64,000 bases of DNA from Hyphomicrobiales bacterium (GCA_026400565.1 JAPLOV010000129.1:22736-86735); one strand, 5' to 3'; positions 38,351-49,277 are shown, numbered from the stretch's first letter. A program made the numbers and translations. The notes: generated by a model from the letters alone, not told the origin.

Positions 38351-39415
38351 TCAGGCGGCAGGTGGCTGCCAGACCATGCCGGGCAGACTGGCGACAAAGT
38401 GCTCATCGGCAACGCCGGCAGCCTTGCGGGCCGCGCCCAATGCCTCCAGCGGCCGGCCCACGCCCTCATTGGTAAGCTGGAACGTTCCCCAATGGTGGCC
38501 AAGTGCCACTTCGGCCCTGAGGTCAGCCATCACCTTCACCGCCTCGTCAGGGTTCATGTGGTTGTCCGCCATGAACCAGCGCGGCTCATAGGCCCCGATC
38601 GGCAGGATGGCGAGCCTGAACGGCCCGAACTCCGCGCCATGCTCGCGGAAGAAGGCCCCGTCATGATAGCCGGTGTCGCCGATATGGTAGATGCGGCCCT
38701 GGGGTGCGGCGATCACGTAGGAGGCCCACAGCGCCATGCGGCGGTCGAAGGCACCGCGCGCCGACCAGTGATAGGACGGCACCAACGTGATCGCGACGTC
38801 GGCTGACAGGGCCACCCTGTCTCCCCAGTCATGCGCTTCCACCGCAATGTCCGGCCGCTTCGCCCTGATGATGGCATCGTTGCCAAGCGGGGCGATGATG
38901 CGGCAGCGGTCGCGGTCGACAATGCGGTGCACCGAGATCAGGTCGAGATGGTCATAGTGATTGTGCGTGATCAGGATCGCATCGATCCTCGGCAGGGCGT
39001 CGAAGGCGATGCCCGGCGCGTTGACGCGCTTCGGCCCGGCAAACTGGAACGGGCTGGCCCTTTCCGAAAACAGCGGATCGGTGATGATGTTGAGCCCTGC
39101 CACCTGGATCAGGAACGTTGCGTGGCCGATATGGCTGACGCGCATGCCGGCAGATCGGGCGGGCGGCACATCCTGAGGTGGCGTCAGGTAGCTGGCGGGC
39201 CAGCTCTCCTTGCCACCCTGCAACTGCCACTGGAAGAAATCCCTGAAGCCCTTGGTGATCTCGCGCCCGTCCGAAAAGGTCAGGCCATCGAAATTGGCCT
39301 TCACCGGCCCCGCATAATACGGGTTCTGGCCGCGCGCGCGGGCGGCGTAGGCCCCGCCGAGCAGGGTTGCGAGGGCAGGCAGGCCAAGGAGCGTTAGAAG
39401 CTTGCGTCTGGTCAT
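38351..39415 (-). CDS. MBL-fold metallo-hydrolase (NAPE-PLD-like), Tat-exported
   Basis: MTRRKLL signal, ITHNHYDHLD, IGDTGY, LPIGAYEPRWFM...HMNP, HHWGTF. Confidence 0.9.
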   Translation of the reverse strand: MTRRKLLTLLGLPALATLLGGAYAARARGQNPYYAGPVKANFDGLTFSDGREITKGFRDFFQWQLQGGKESWPASYLTPPQDVPPARSAGMRVSHIGHATFLIQVAGLNIITDPLFSERASPFQFAGPKRVNAPGIAFDALPRIDAILITHNHYDHLDLISVHRIVDRDRCRIIAPLGNDAIIRAKRPDIAVEAHDWGDRVALSADVAITLVPSYHWSARGAFDRRMALWASYVIAAPQGRIYHIGDTGYHDGAFFREHGAEFGPFRLAILPIGAYEPRWFMADNHMNPDEAVKVMADLRAEVALGHHWGTFQLTNEGVGRPLEALGAARKAAGVADEHFVASLPGMVWQPPAA

Positions 39416-39604
39416 GATCGCGCATGTCGGCAGCGAAGGGCGACAAGTCAACCATGCCGCCAGCGTCTGCGGCGCACTTTTCACCTGTCCGGTGCCGCAA
39501 CACCCAAGCGTGATCGGCTTTGGCCTTTGCGCGCTGGCCGGGAAGGCGTATCAGGCTGGCTCAAGGAACTGCCGTGATTGCCCGTCCGGAAAGGAGTGGC
39601 CGAG

Positions 39605-41479
39605 ATGTTGAGCCGCCTTTTCAACTGGCTTGAGAGCCGCGTCGACGTGTTCGCCCCGTTCGACGAGCGGCAGACGCCGCCTGCAACGGTGTGGCGCTTC
39701 ATCTGGTATCACATCCGTGAGGTGAAGGGCTGGCTGCTGGTGATGCTGGTCACCGCCTTCCTGTTCAGCGCCATCGAGGCCTCGCTGTATCTGCTCGTCG
39801 GCTGGCTGATCGACCTGATCGCCAAAACCCCGCCCGATGTGGTGTTCCGCGAGCATGGCTGGCTGCTGGCGCTGTTCGCCTTCATCCTGCTCGTGGTGCG
39901 CCCGATCGTCTATTTCGCCAACCATGCGGTGGTTGATCAGGTCGTGGTGCCGCAGCTCACCAACCGCATCCGCTGGCGCAGCCATGTCTACACGCTCGGC
40001 CATGCGCTGAGCTATTTCCAGAACGATTTTGCCGGTCGTCTGTCCTCGCGCGTCATCCAGGCCGGGCAATCGGTGCGCAGCGCCACCGTCGAGGTGATCG
40101 ATGACATGTGGTATGTCATTGTCTTCGCCGGGGTCTCGATCGGCTTTTTCGGCACCGTGAGCGTCTGGCTGATCCTGCCCGTGCTGGTCTGGATGGCGGC
40201 CTATATCTGGTTGATCGTCTACTTCGTGCCGCGCGCCACCGCGCGCTCGGAGAAGAACTCCGAGTCGCGCTCGGCTGCGACTGGCCGGATCGTCGACAGC
40301 TACACCAACATCATGACCGTGAAGCTTTTCGCGCGCGGGGATGTCGAGCGTTCTTCGGTGCGCGATGCCCTGGCCAACTGGGCGCGGACATTTCTCGACC
40401 TGACACGGCTGATCACCATGGTCAGCGTCGTGCTCCAGACCATGAACAGCATGCTGATCGTGGTGGCGGCATCCGTCTCGCTGTGGCTCTGGTCGCATGG
40501 CGCTATGACGCCAGGCGAAGTCGCGGCCGGCATGGGTCTTGTCCTCAGGCTGATCCAGATGTCGAGCTGGGTGATCCAGCAGGTGCGCGGCATCTTCGAG
40601 GAGATCGGCGCGGTCAAGGAAAGCATGGAAACGATCGCCAAGCCGCACGGGCTGGTGGACCAGACGGCGGCCGCGCCGCTGCGCATCGGCCATGGCGGCA
40701 TCGTCTTCGACAAGGTGCGCTTCCATTATGGCAAGGAGGCGGGCGTGTTCGAGGCGCTGGACCTCACCATCAAGCCCGGCGAGCGGATCGGACTGATCGG
40801 CCCGTCCGGTGCCGGCAAGTCGACCATGATCAATCTCTTGCTCCGCCTCTATGATCTGCAAGGCGGGCGCATCCTGATCGACGGGCAGGACATTGCCACG
40901 GTGTCGCAGGACAGCCTGCGCAGTTTCATCGCCACCGTGACGCAGGACAACTCGCTGCTGCATCGTTCGATCCGCGAAAACATCTCCTATGGCAGGCCCG
41001 ATGCCAGCGATGCCGAGATCGTGGCGGCGGCCAAGGCTGCTTCTGCCCACGGCTTCATCACCCAACTGAACGATTTCGAGGGCCGCACCGGTTATGATGC
41101 GCGGGTTGGCGAGCGCGGCGTCAAGCTCTCGGGTGGCCAGCGCCAGCGCATCGCCATCGCACGGGTCATCCTCAAGAATGCGCCGATCCTGATCCTCGAC
41201 GAGGCGACGTCGGCGCTCGATTCCGAGGTGGAGGCGGCAATCCAGGAACAGCTTCAGGGCCTGATGGCCGGCAAGACCGTGATCGCCATCGCCCACCGGT
41301 TGTCCACCATCGCTTCGCTCGACCGGCTGGTGGTGATGGACAAGGGGCGCATCGTCGATCAGGGCAGCCATCAGGAGCTGGTGTCGCGCGGCGGGCTCTA
41401 TGCCCGGCTCTGGGCGCGCCAGTCCGGCGGCTTCCTCGGGCTCGATCCCGACGACAGACCCCGTATCCCGGTGCTGTGA
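39605..41479 (+). CDS. ABC exporter, fused permease/ATPase
   Basis: TMD plus GPSGAGKST, LSGGQRQR, ILDEATSALD, IAHRLST. Confidence 0.93.
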   Translation: MLSRLFNWLESRVDVFAPFDERQTPPATVWRFIWYHIREVKGWLLVMLVTAFLFSAIEASLYLLVGWLIDLIAKTPPDVVFREHGWLLALFAFILLVVRPIVYFANHAVVDQVVVPQLTNRIRWRSHVYTLGHALSYFQNDFAGRLSSRVIQAGQSVRSATVEVIDDMWYVIVFAGVSIGFFGTVSVWLILPVLVWMAAYIWLIVYFVPRATARSEKNSESRSAATGRIVDSYTNIMTVKLFARGDVERSSVRDALANWARTFLDLTRLITMVSVVLQTMNSMLIVVAASVSLWLWSHGAMTPGEVAAGMGLVLRLIQMSSWVIQQVRGIFEEIGAVKESMETIAKPHGLVDQTAAAPLRIGHGGIVFDKVRFHYGKEAGVFEALDLTIKPGERIGLIGPSGAGKSTMINLLLRLYDLQGGRILIDGQDIATVSQDSLRSFIATVTQDNSLLHRSIRENISYGRPDASDAEIVAAAKAASAHGFITQLNDFEGRTGYDARVGERGVKLSGGQRQRIAIARVILKNAPILILDEATSALDSEVEAAIQEQLQGLMAGKTVIAIAHRLSTIASLDRLVVMDKGRIVDQGSHQELVSRGGLYARLWARQSGGFLGLDPDDRPRIPVL

Positions 41480-41585
41480 GGCCTCGTGCGGCGGCGCCGC
41501 AAACCACAGATTGTCTGCGGCTATTCGCGTATGGACTTCACTTTTGAGCCATGCAAAAGAGCGAAAGTTCATGTTGTTCCAGCCG

Positions 41586-41600
41586 GCGACTCGCGGTCGC
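41586..41600 (+). promoter_or_regulatory. RegA/RegR-like GC-rich palindrome upstream of petA
   Basis: GCGAC-tcgcg-GTCGC. Confidence 0.35.
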
Positions 41601-41700
41601 ATTGCATTTCGCCGGCCTGATGGCAGATACGAGGCGTTTTCCAGCGGCGGACCGGGCGGAGCCTCAGGCTTCACCGGTCGCACATCTCAAGAGGCAGACC

Positions 41701-42252
41701 GTGGCCGAAGCCAAATCATCCCCAGCTAGCGAGCCGACACGTCGCGATATGCTCTTTCTTGCCACCGGTGCCATGGGTGCTGCCGGCGTCGTCGCGCTCG
41801 CGGTTCCCTTCGTCAGGACACTGGCGCCGAATGCTCAGACAATCGCAGCCGGTGCACCGATCGAAGTCGATCTGACGCCGATCCCGGAAGGTCAGGGCAT
41901 CAAGCTGTTCTGGCGCGGCAAGCTGATCTTCGTGCGCAGCCGCACCAAAGCCGAGATCGAGGAAGCGCAAAAGGTCAATCTGGCGTCGCTGCCGGACCCG
42001 CAGGCCGACTCGGCCCGCGTCAAGCCCGGCAAGGAAAACTGGCTGGTGATCTACGGCTCCTGCACCCACCTGGGCTGCATCCCGGGCGGCTCGGCAGCGG
42101 GCGAGGTGCGCGGCGACTACAATGGCTGGTTCTGCCCTTGCCATGGGTCGCACTACGACACCTCGGGCCGCATCCGCAAAGGCCCGGCGCCCGCCAACCT
42201 GCCCGTGCCCCCCTATGCCTTCCTGTCCGACACCAAGATCCGCATCGGCTGA
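41701..42252 (+). CDS. petA: Ubiquinol-cytochrome c reductase Rieske Fe-S subunit
   Basis: Tat TRRDML, CTHLGCIP, CPCHGSHYD; GTG start after GAGG. Confidence 0.95.
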   Translation: MAEAKSSPASEPTRRDMLFLATGAMGAAGVVALAVPFVRTLAPNAQTIAAGAPIEVDLTPIPEGQGIKLFWRGKLIFVRSRTKAEIEEAQKVNLASLPDPQADSARVKPGKENWLVIYGSCTHLGCIPGGSAAGEVRGDYNGWFCPCHGSHYDTSGRIRKGPAPANLPVPPYAFLSDTKIRIG

Positions 42253-42279
42253 TCGGGAAACGAGAGAGAGCAGACAACG

Positions 42280-43566
42280 ATGAGTGGACCTTCTTCCTAC
42301 GTTCCCAAGCTCGGCATCGCCAAGTGGCTCGACGCGCGCCTGCCGCTTCCGCGCCTGATGTATGACAGCTTCGTCGCCTATCCGGTGCCGCGCAACCTGA
42401 ACTATTTCTGGACCTTCGGCGGCATCCTGATGCTCATGCTGGTCAGCCAGATCCTCACCGGTGTGATCCTGGCCATGCACTATACCCCGCATGCCACGCT
42501 GGCCTTCACCTCCGTCGAAGGCATCATGCGTGACGTCGAGTATGGCTGGCTGATGCGCTATATGCACGCCAATGGCGCGTCGATGTTCTTCATCGCGGTC
42601 TACATCCACATCTTCCGCGGTCTCTATTACGGGTCCTACAAGGCTCCGCGCGAGGTGCTGTGGATCCTCGGCGTGATCATCTTCCTGCTGATGATGGCGA
42701 CCGCGTTCATGGGCTATGTGCTGCCATGGGGCCAGATGAGCTTCTGGGGCGCGACCGTGATCACCAACCTGTTTTCGGCTTTCCCGATTGTCGGCGAGAC
42801 GATCGTCACCTTCCTCTGGGGCGGCTATTCGGTGGACAACCCGACGCTGACGCGCTTCTTCTCGCTGCACTTCCTTCTGCCGTTCATGATCTTCGGCGTG
42901 GTGATCTTGCATGTCTGGGCGTTGCATGTGACGGGCCAGAACAACCCGACCGGCGTCGAGGTCAAGGCCGTGGCCAAGGACACGATCCCGTTCACGCCCT
43001 ACGCGACCATCAAGGATGCGTTCGCGCTGGTGCTGTTCTTCGCCTTCTTTGCCTACTTCCTGTTCTTCATTCCCAACTATCTGGGCCATGCCGACAACTA
43101 CATCCCGGCCAACCCGGCGGTGACGCCAGCCCACATCGTGCCGGAATGGTACTTCCTGCCGTTCTACGCGATCCTGCGCGCGGTGCCGGACAAGCTCGGC
43201 GGCGTGCTGCTGATGTTCGCGGCGATTGCCGTGCTGGTCGTGCTGCCCTGGCTTGACACCTCCAAGGTCAGGTCGATGAGCTACCGGCCGCTGGCCCGCC
43301 AGTGCTTCTGGGCCTTTGCTGTCACCTGCGTGATGCTCGGCTGGCTCGGCTCGCGTCCGGCTGAAGGCATCTACGTGACGCTGAGCCAGCTGTTCACTGC
43401 GCTCTACTTCGCCTACTTCCTGATTGCGCTGCCGCTGCTCGGTCTGTTCGAGACACCGAAGAAGCTGCCCGGGTCCATTGCCGAGTCGGTGCTGGGCAAG
43501 ATGAAGGGTGGTTCTGGCGCGGTGGTTGGCGCGGCTGCGCCTGCAGAACCCAATACCAAGGGCTGA
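42280..43566 (+). CDS. petB: Cytochrome b
   Basis: [32 protein letters not shown]. Confidence 0.97.
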   Translation: MSGPSSYVPKLGIAKWLDARLPLPRLMYDSFVAYPVPRNLNYFWTFGGILMLMLVSQILTGVILAMHYTPHATLAFTSVEGIMRDVEYGWLMRYMHANGASMFFIAVYIHIFRGLYYGSYKAPREVLWILGVIIFLLMMATAFMGYVLPWGQMSFWGATVITNLFSAFPIVGETIVTFLWGGYSVDNPTLTRFFSLHFLLPFMIFGVVILHVWALHVTGQNNPTGVEVKAVAKDTIPFTPYATIKDAFALVLFFAFFAYFLFFIPNYLGHADNYIPANPAVTPAHIVPEWYFLPFYAILRAVPDKLGGVLLMFAAIAVLVVLPWLDTSKVRSMSYRPLARQCFWAFAVTCVMLGWLGSRPAEGIYVTLSQLFTALYFAYFLIALPLLGLFETPKKLPGSIAESVLGKMKGGSGAVVGAAAPAEPNTKG

Positions 43567-43568
43567 CC

Positions 43569-44456
43569 ATGACATTGTTCCGCACATCCCTGGCGGCTTT
43601 CGCTGCGATCATGATCGGCGCCTTCAGCGCCGCCTCCCTGTCTCCGGCCCACGCAGCTGGCGGCGGAACGAAGCCTCCGGCCCATGACTGGAGCTTCGAC
43701 GGGCCTTTCGGCACCTTCGACCGCGCCCAGTTGCAGCGCGGCTACAAGGTCTACCGTGAGGTCTGCTCGGCCTGCCATGGGATGAGCCTGATGCGCTTCC
43801 GCAACCTGTCGCAGAAGGGTGGCCCTGAGTTCACCGAGGCGCAGGTCCGCGCGCTCGCCGCCGACTTCAAGATCAGCGATGGTCCGAACGAGCAGGGCGA
43901 GATGTTCGAGCGGCCAGGCCGCCCATCCGACGGGTTCCCCAAGCCGTTCCCGAACGAGCAGGCCGCCCGCGCGGCCAATGGTGGTGCCTATCCGCTGGAC
44001 CTTTCCGTGATCGCCAAGGCCCGCAACTATGAGCGCGGCTTCCCGCTGTTCCTGCTGGACATCATCACGCAGTATCAGGAAGGCGGCCCTGACTACGTGA
44101 AGGCGCTGCTCACCGGCTACGAAGACCCGCCAAAGGGCGTGGAACTGCTGCCCGGCCAGAACTGGAACAAGTACATGGCCGGCAACATCATCGGCATGCC
44201 GAACATGCTGAATGATGGCCAGGTTGAGTATCCGAAGGGGCCTGACGGCAAGTCTCCCGTGCCCGAGACCGCCAAGCAGTATGCCGCCGACGTGGTGGCA
44301 TTCCTGATGTGGTCGGCAGAGCCGCACATGGAACAGCGCAAGAGCATCGGCCGTCAGGTTTTCATCTTCCTGCTGCTTTTCGCCGGCCTGCTCTACTTCA
44401 CCAAGAAGCGCATCTGGTCGCGCCTGCCGGAGCATGCACCGGGCGCTGCTCACTGA
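43569..44456 (+). CDS. petC: Cytochrome c1
   Basis: QLQRGYKVYREVCSACHG (CxxCH), C-terminal anchor helix. Confidence 0.96.
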   Translation: MTLFRTSLAAFAAIMIGAFSAASLSPAHAAGGGTKPPAHDWSFDGPFGTFDRAQLQRGYKVYREVCSACHGMSLMRFRNLSQKGGPEFTEAQVRALAADFKISDGPNEQGEMFERPGRPSDGFPKPFPNEQAARAANGGAYPLDLSVIAKARNYERGFPLFLLDIITQYQEGGPDYVKALLTGYEDPPKGVELLPGQNWNKYMAGNIIGMPNMLNDGQVEYPKGPDGKSPVPETAKQYAADVVAFLMWSAEPHMEQRKSIGRQVFIFLLLFAGLLYFTKKRIWSRLPEHAPGAAH

Positions 44457-44490
44457 GAGGCTGTCGCCTCCGCATCGTCGCTGAAACACG

Positions 44491-44518
44491 AAAGGGTCTC
44501 TTGCGAGGCCCTTTTTCT
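44491..44518 (+). terminator. Intrinsic terminator of petABC (possibly bidirectional)
   Basis: aaagggtctc-ttgc-gaggcccttt followed by ttct. Confidence 0.75.
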
Positions 44519-44551
44519 TGTCGGGATGGCGGATGCGGGGCTTGTGGGTCC

Positions 44552-44770
44552 TCAGTAAAAGCCGCCACCATGTATGCCCCAGAAACCGATGCGGAACAGG
44601 CCGCGCAGCACGGCGCCGACCGCTCCGATGGTGAGCATCAGGATGATCATGGCCGGGATGGCCGCGAGGCCGGCTTTGACGAAGAACAGCACGAGGCGGC
44701 CGAACGGCACATCGACGCTTGTGAGACTGACGCGCGAAAGCGCGGGTGGGCTGGCTGCTGTGTCCGACAT
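44552..44770 (-). CDS. Small membrane hypothetical protein
   Basis: 72 aa, DVPFGRLVLFFVKAGLAAIPA plus a TM helix; host-like codons. Confidence 0.7.
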   Translation of the reverse strand: MSDTAASPPALSRVSLTSVDVPFGRLVLFFVKAGLAAIPAMIILMLTIGAVGAVLRGLFRIGFWGIHGGGFY

Positions 44771-44955
44771 GAAGGCCTCTTGTCCGGTGATGTCCCGCGT
44801 GGCGGGAAATCGCTGTTGCTGAAAGTCAGGCAGAACCTATGCTGCGGATCATGCCAGCGGGGGGCTCTCGCCAGCATGGACGTCACCTTACAAAACCGAC
44901 ATGGTCGCAGGATCGGGCATCGCAGGGCCGGAACCGGAGCAGAGGCGAGCAGCAC

Positions 44956-45483
44956 ATGAACCTGGCTGACACGATCCGCACCATTCCCGACTACCCCAGG
45001 AAGGGCATCCTGTTCCGCGACATCACCACGCTCATGGGCGATGCTCGGGCGTTCCGCCGTTCCGTCGACGAACTGGTGCATCCGTTTGCGGGCGCCAAGA
45101 TCGACAAGGTGGCCGGGATCGAGGCGCGTGGGTTCATTCTGGGCGGAGCGATCGCCCACCAGTTGTCCGCAGGCTTCGTGCCGATCCGCAAGAAGGGCAA
45201 GCTGCCGCATGCCACGATCCGGGTGGCCTATTCGCTGGAATACGGTGTCGACGAGATGGAGATGCACAAGGATGGCGTTCTGCGCGGCGAGCGCGTCATC
45301 CTCGTTGATGACCTGATCGCCACCGGCGGCACGGCGGAAGGCGCTGTGAAGCTGTTGAACAGCCTCGGTGCGGAGGTCGTCGCCGCCTGTTTCGTTATCG
45401 ACCTGCCGGAACTCGGCGGTGCCGACAAGATCCGCAAGCTCGGCGTGCCGGTGCGCACGCTGGTGCAGTTCGACGGCCACTAG
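44956..45483 (+). CDS. apt: Adenine phosphoribosyltransferase
   Basis: [35 protein letters not shown]. Confidence 0.95.
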   Translation: MNLADTIRTIPDYPRKGILFRDITTLMGDARAFRRSVDELVHPFAGAKIDKVAGIEARGFILGGAIAHQLSAGFVPIRKKGKLPHATIRVAYSLEYGVDEMEMHKDGVLRGERVILVDDLIATGGTAEGAVKLLNSLGAEVVAACFVIDLPELGGADKIRKLGVPVRTLVQFDGH

Positions 45484-45507
45484 GGGCCGGCAAGGTTTGC
45501 GCCAGCC

Positions 45508-46956
45508 CTAGACCGGCAGGCGCAGCATGGCACGCAGGCCACCCATCGGGCTTTCGAGCAGGGCAATGTCGCCGCCATGGCCGCGCGCGATGTCTCGCGA
45601 GATCGACAGGCCAAGCCCGGACCCGCCCTCGTCGACGTTGCGCGCCTCGTCAAGCCGCACGAAAGGCTTGAAGACCTCCTCGCGCTGGTCTGGTGGAATG
45701 CCCGGCCCGTCATCGTCGACGGTCACGATCAGGTAGCGCGCATCATGCGTGGCGGTGATAGCGATGCGGTCGCCATGGCGCGCAGCGTTCGAGACCAGGT
45801 TGGTCAGCACCCGGCGGATGGCATCGGGGCGGATGACCACGACCGGATCGCCGATCACGCTGAGATCCGTGGCGTGGCCCTGGCGCTCCGCATCGGCCTT
45901 CAGCTCTTCCAGCAGGCCACGGATATCGGTCGGCTGTGGCGGCTCACCGGCTTCGCCACGGGCGAAGGCGAGGTAGGCCTCCAGCATGCGGCTCATCTCG
46001 TCGATGTCCTTCTCGATAGCCTCGATCTCCTGCGTGCGTTCGAGCAGTGCCAGCGAGAGCTTGAAGCGCGTCAGGATGGTGCGCAGGTCATGGCTGACGC
46101 CGTTCAGCATGGTGGTGCGCTCGCCGAGCGTGCGCTCGATCCGGCGCTTCATCTCAAGGAAGGCGTGCCCCGCCTGCCGCACCTCGGTGGCCCCGCGCGG
46201 TCGGAACTCGACATCGCGGCCCTTGCCGAAGCTCTCGGCGGCATCAGCCAGCGACAGGATCGGCTTGATCTGGTTGCGCAGGAACAGCACGGCCACGGTC
46301 ATCAGCACCAGCGAAGTTCCGAGCATCCAGGCGAGGAAGATGTGGCTGTTGGAAGCATAGGCCGCGCTGCGCCGTGCCACCACGCGCATCACGTCCTTGT
46401 CCATCTTGACCCTGATCTCGATGAAGTCCGACTGGCCGACCGTGTCTAGCCAGAAGGGCTGCCGGATCTGGAGTTCGAGCTGGCGGCTGAGCGCCTGGTC
46501 GAGCAGGGAGAAGAACGGGCGTAGCCCGGCCGGTGGCAATTCGGCGTTCTTCAGGATATCGAGGTCGAGATTGAGCCTTTCCTGCGCAATGCGTTGCAGG
46601 GTGAGGGCGTCCTTGTCCTGCGGGAAGCTCTTGTAGACATCGATCATGGCCGAGATGTCGGCTGTGACGGCGGCGGAGAGGCGGCGCGTGACGAGTTGCC
46701 AATGGCGCTCCATGAAGACGTAGGCGACCACGGACTGCAGCAGCACCACCGGCGCGATGACGATCACCAGCGAGCGGCGATAGAGCCCGCGCGGCAGGAA
46801 GCTGCCAAGCCAGCGCATCGGCCCGTTGGTGGACCTCAGTGCATGGCGGCTGGCGCGGGATGAGGCGCCGACCGCCCCTGTCAGCGAGGCATAGGCCTGC
46901 CCGACGAGGCGGCCCGCCTGTGCCAGTGTGCCCACGACCTTGCCGCCGGTTGCCAT
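45508..46956 (-). CDS. EnvZ-like sensor histidine kinase
   Basis: HAMP domain, H-box GVSHDLRT, NLVSNA, DDDGPG, GSGLGL. Start uncertain. Confidence 0.92.
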   Translation of the reverse strand: MATGGKVVGTLAQAGRLVGQAYASLTGAVGASSRASRHALRSTNGPMRWLGSFLPRGLYRRSLVIVIAPVVLLQSVVAYVFMERHWQLVTRRLSAAVTADISAMIDVYKSFPQDKDALTLQRIAQERLNLDLDILKNAELPPAGLRPFFSLLDQALSRQLELQIRQPFWLDTVGQSDFIEIRVKMDKDVMRVVARRSAAYASNSHIFLAWMLGTSLVLMTVAVLFLRNQIKPILSLADAAESFGKGRDVEFRPRGATEVRQAGHAFLEMKRRIERTLGERTTMLNGVSHDLRTILTRFKLSLALLERTQEIEAIEKDIDEMSRMLEAYLAFARGEAGEPPQPTDIRGLLEELKADAERQGHATDLSVIGDPVVVIRPDAIRRVLTNLVSNAARHGDRIAITATHDARYLIVTVDDDGPGIPPDQREEVFKPFVRLDEARNVDEGGSGLGLSISRDIARGHGGDIALLESPMGGLRAMLRLPV

Positions 46957-46957
46957 C

Positions 46958-47689
46958 TCACGCCCGATCGATGACGAGGCGATAGCCAACGCTGCGCACT
47001 GTCTGAAGCAGCAGCGGGTCGGCCGGATCACGCTCGATCTTGCGGCGCAGGCGGTTGATCTGCACGTCGACCGTGCGCTCGTTGGCGGGGCCTTCCTCGC
47101 CGCCGCCCAGTTCGTCGCGGGAGACGGGCTCGCCCTGGCGCGAGGCCAGCAGCGACAGGATTTCGCGCTCACGCTCGGTCAGCCTCACTGTCTCGTCGCC
47201 ACGCCTCAGTTCGCCCCTGTCCAGCCAGTAGATGAACTGGCCGAATTTGACGAAATCAGGCCGGGCAGCCGCCTCCGACATCGGCGAGGACAACGGGCTG
47301 CGCTTGATGATGTTGCCCAGGCGCAGCAACAATTCGCGCGGCTCGAACGGCTTGGGCAGATAATCATCGGCGCCGATCTCCAGCCCGGTGACCCGGTCGG
47401 CGGCGTTGGCGCGGGCGGTCAGCATCAGGATCGGCACGCGCGACGTGGTGCGGAGGCGACGGGCAAAGTCAAAGCCGTTCTCGCCGGGCATCATCACGTC
47501 GAGCACCAGCGCATCGAAGCTCAGGTTGGCCAATCTCGCGCTGGCATCGGCGGCGTTGGCCGCCGCCGTGATGCGATAGCCATGCTCGCCGAGAAAGCGC
47601 GTGAGCAGATCACGCAGGCGGCGGTCGTCATCGACCACCAGCACATGTGGTGCCTCATCGGGCAAGGGTTCGCGAGGTTTGAGCGCCAT
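46958..47689 (-). CDS. OmpR-family response regulator (PetR-like)
   Basis: VVDDD, LDVMMPGE, ADDYLPKPF, RTVDVQINRLRRKIE. Confidence 0.93.
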   Translation of the reverse strand: MALKPREPLPDEAPHVLVVDDDRRLRDLLTRFLGEHGYRITAAANAADASARLANLSFDALVLDVMMPGENGFDFARRLRTTSRVPILMLTARANAADRVTGLEIGADDYLPKPFEPRELLLRLGNIIKRSPLSSPMSEAAARPDFVKFGQFIYWLDRGELRRGDETVRLTEREREILSLLASRQGEPVSRDELGGGEEGPANERTVDVQINRLRRKIERDPADPLLLQTVRSVGYRLVIDRA

Positions 47690-48219
47690 CAGCCGACCGG
47701 CCCCTTGCGGATGCGGGAGAGCACCTGTTTGCGCTCCTGCGGATCGATCATCGCTGTCAGGTAGGCCTCGATGGCCGGATGGGCTGCGGCCGGAACGCCG
47801 TGCAGCGCCTGACGGATGCGTTCGCCCTGCACGCCGGCAAGCCTTGCTGCCAACGCATGGCCGCTGGCGGTGGCATGGAGGTGTCGCTGGCGGCGGTCAG
47901 CCAGTCCTGTGCGAACCTCGATGAAGGCCGTGCCGACCAGTTCCTTCAGTACCCGGTTGAGGCTCTGTTTGGTGATCTTGAGGATGTCCAGCAACTCGGC
48001 AATGGTCAGGCCGGGGTTGCGGTCGACGAAGTGCAGCACGCGGTGGTGGGCGCGCCCGAAACCGAGCTCCGCAAGGATGCGGTCAGGATCGCTGACAAAA
48101 TCACGATATGCGAAGAAGAACAGTTCGATCAGCTCATAGGGCAGAGCTCCGCCGGCCCGCGCCTCCGGCTCGTTGTCGACCTGGGCTCCGACCTTGCCCC
48201 GAACCATCGTCGACTCCAT
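47689..48219 (-). CDS. MarR family regulator (PetP-like)
   Basis: FFFAYRDF, GRAHHRVLHFV, LKITKQSL, DRRQRHL; TGATG overlap with the response regulator. Confidence 0.9.
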   Translation of the reverse strand: MESTMVRGKVGAQVDNEPEARAGGALPYELIELFFFAYRDFVSDPDRILAELGFGRAHHRVLHFVDRNPGLTIAELLDILKITKQSLNRVLKELVGTAFIEVRTGLADRRQRHLHATASGHALAARLAGVQGERIRQALHGVPAAAHPAIEAYLTAMIDPQERKQVLSRIRKGPVG

Positions 48220-48233
48220 TATGGGCCTCCCAT

Positions 48234-48256
48234 ATATGTCAGTCTTATTGACATAT
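48234..48256. promoter_or_regulatory. Inverted-repeat operator in the marR/ilvE divergent promoter
   Basis: ATATGTCA-gtcttat-TGACATAT (perfect 8-bp arms) overlapping a TTGACA. Confidence 0.65.
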
Positions 48257-48376
48257 CTCAGTCGGTTCGTTACCCGTCAAGTCCACCGCGCGACATGAAA
48301 GATCGTTGTCCAGCCGGTGCAGCATACAAACATGACAATGCCGCAGGCAGAACGCGGCGACAACAGGGAGGTTACC

Positions 48377-49264
48377 ATGGCTATCATTCCTTTCGATGAC
48401 CGCGATGGTGTCATCTGGATGGATGGCAAGGTGATCCCATGGCGGGATGCCAAGATCCACGTGCTCAGCCATGGCCTGCACTATGGCTCTTGTGTGTTCG
48501 AGGGCGAGCGTGCCTATGACGGCGTGATCTTCAAGTCCACCGAGCATTCGGTCCGGTTCCGCAAGTCCGCCGAACTGATGGACTTCGAGATCCCCTATTC
48601 GGTCGAGGAACTGAACGCAGCCAAGGACGAGGTTGTGCGCCTGTCCGGAGGCGGTGACCAGTATGTCCGCCCGGTGGCCTGGCGCGGCTCTGAGATGATG
48701 GCCGTGTCAGCCCAGCACAGCAAGATCCATGTCGCCATCGCGACCTGGGTGTGGCCTTCGATGTTCGACATCGAAACCAAGATGAAGGGCATCAAGCTCG
48801 ATATCGCCGAGTTCCGCCGGCCGGACCCGCAATGCGCGCCCGTGCATGCCAAGGCGGCCGGCCTTTACATGATCTGCACGATCTCCAAGCACAAGGCCGA
48901 GAAGAAAGGCTATGCCGACGCCATGATGCTGGACTGGCAAGGCCGTGTCGCCGAGTGCACCGGGGCCAACATCTTCTTCATCAAGGATGGCGTGATCCAC
49001 ACCCCGATCGCCGACTGTTTCCTCAATGGGCTGACCCGCCAGACCGTTCTGGCGCTGGCAGCGGCGCAGGGCATGGAGGTGGTCGAGCGCCGGATCATGC
49101 CGGAGGAACTGGCCAGCTTCAACGAGTGCTTCATCGTCGGCTCCGCCGCCGAGGTGACGCCTGTTGCCGAGGTCGGGCCCTACAGCTTCAAGCCGGGCAA
49201 CATGAGCCGCGCCATGGTCGAGGCCTATGCCGACGCCGTGAGGCCAAAAAGCAAGGCGGCCTGA
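48377..49264 (+). CDS. ilvE: Branched-chain amino acid aminotransferase
   Basis: HGLHYGSCVFEGERAY, KAAGLY, ECTGANIF, LNGLTR. Confidence 0.93.
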   Translation: MAIIPFDDRDGVIWMDGKVIPWRDAKIHVLSHGLHYGSCVFEGERAYDGVIFKSTEHSVRFRKSAELMDFEIPYSVEELNAAKDEVVRLSGGGDQYVRPVAWRGSEMMAVSAQHSKIHVAIATWVWPSMFDIETKMKGIKLDIAEFRRPDPQCAPVHAKAAGLYMICTISKHKAEKKGYADAMMLDWQGRVAECTGANIFFIKDGVIHTPIADCFLNGLTRQTVLALAAAQGMEVVERRIMPEELASFNECFIVGSAAEVTPVAEVGPYSFKPGNMSRAMVEAYADAVRPKSKAA

Positions 49265-49277
49265 GCGCCGTCCATCG

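Noticed and set aside
39551-41683. 710-aa minus-strand ORF
   Set aside because: Shadow of the ABC exporter on the opposite strand.
41716-43587. 623-aa minus-strand ORF
   Set aside because: Shadow of petA and petB.
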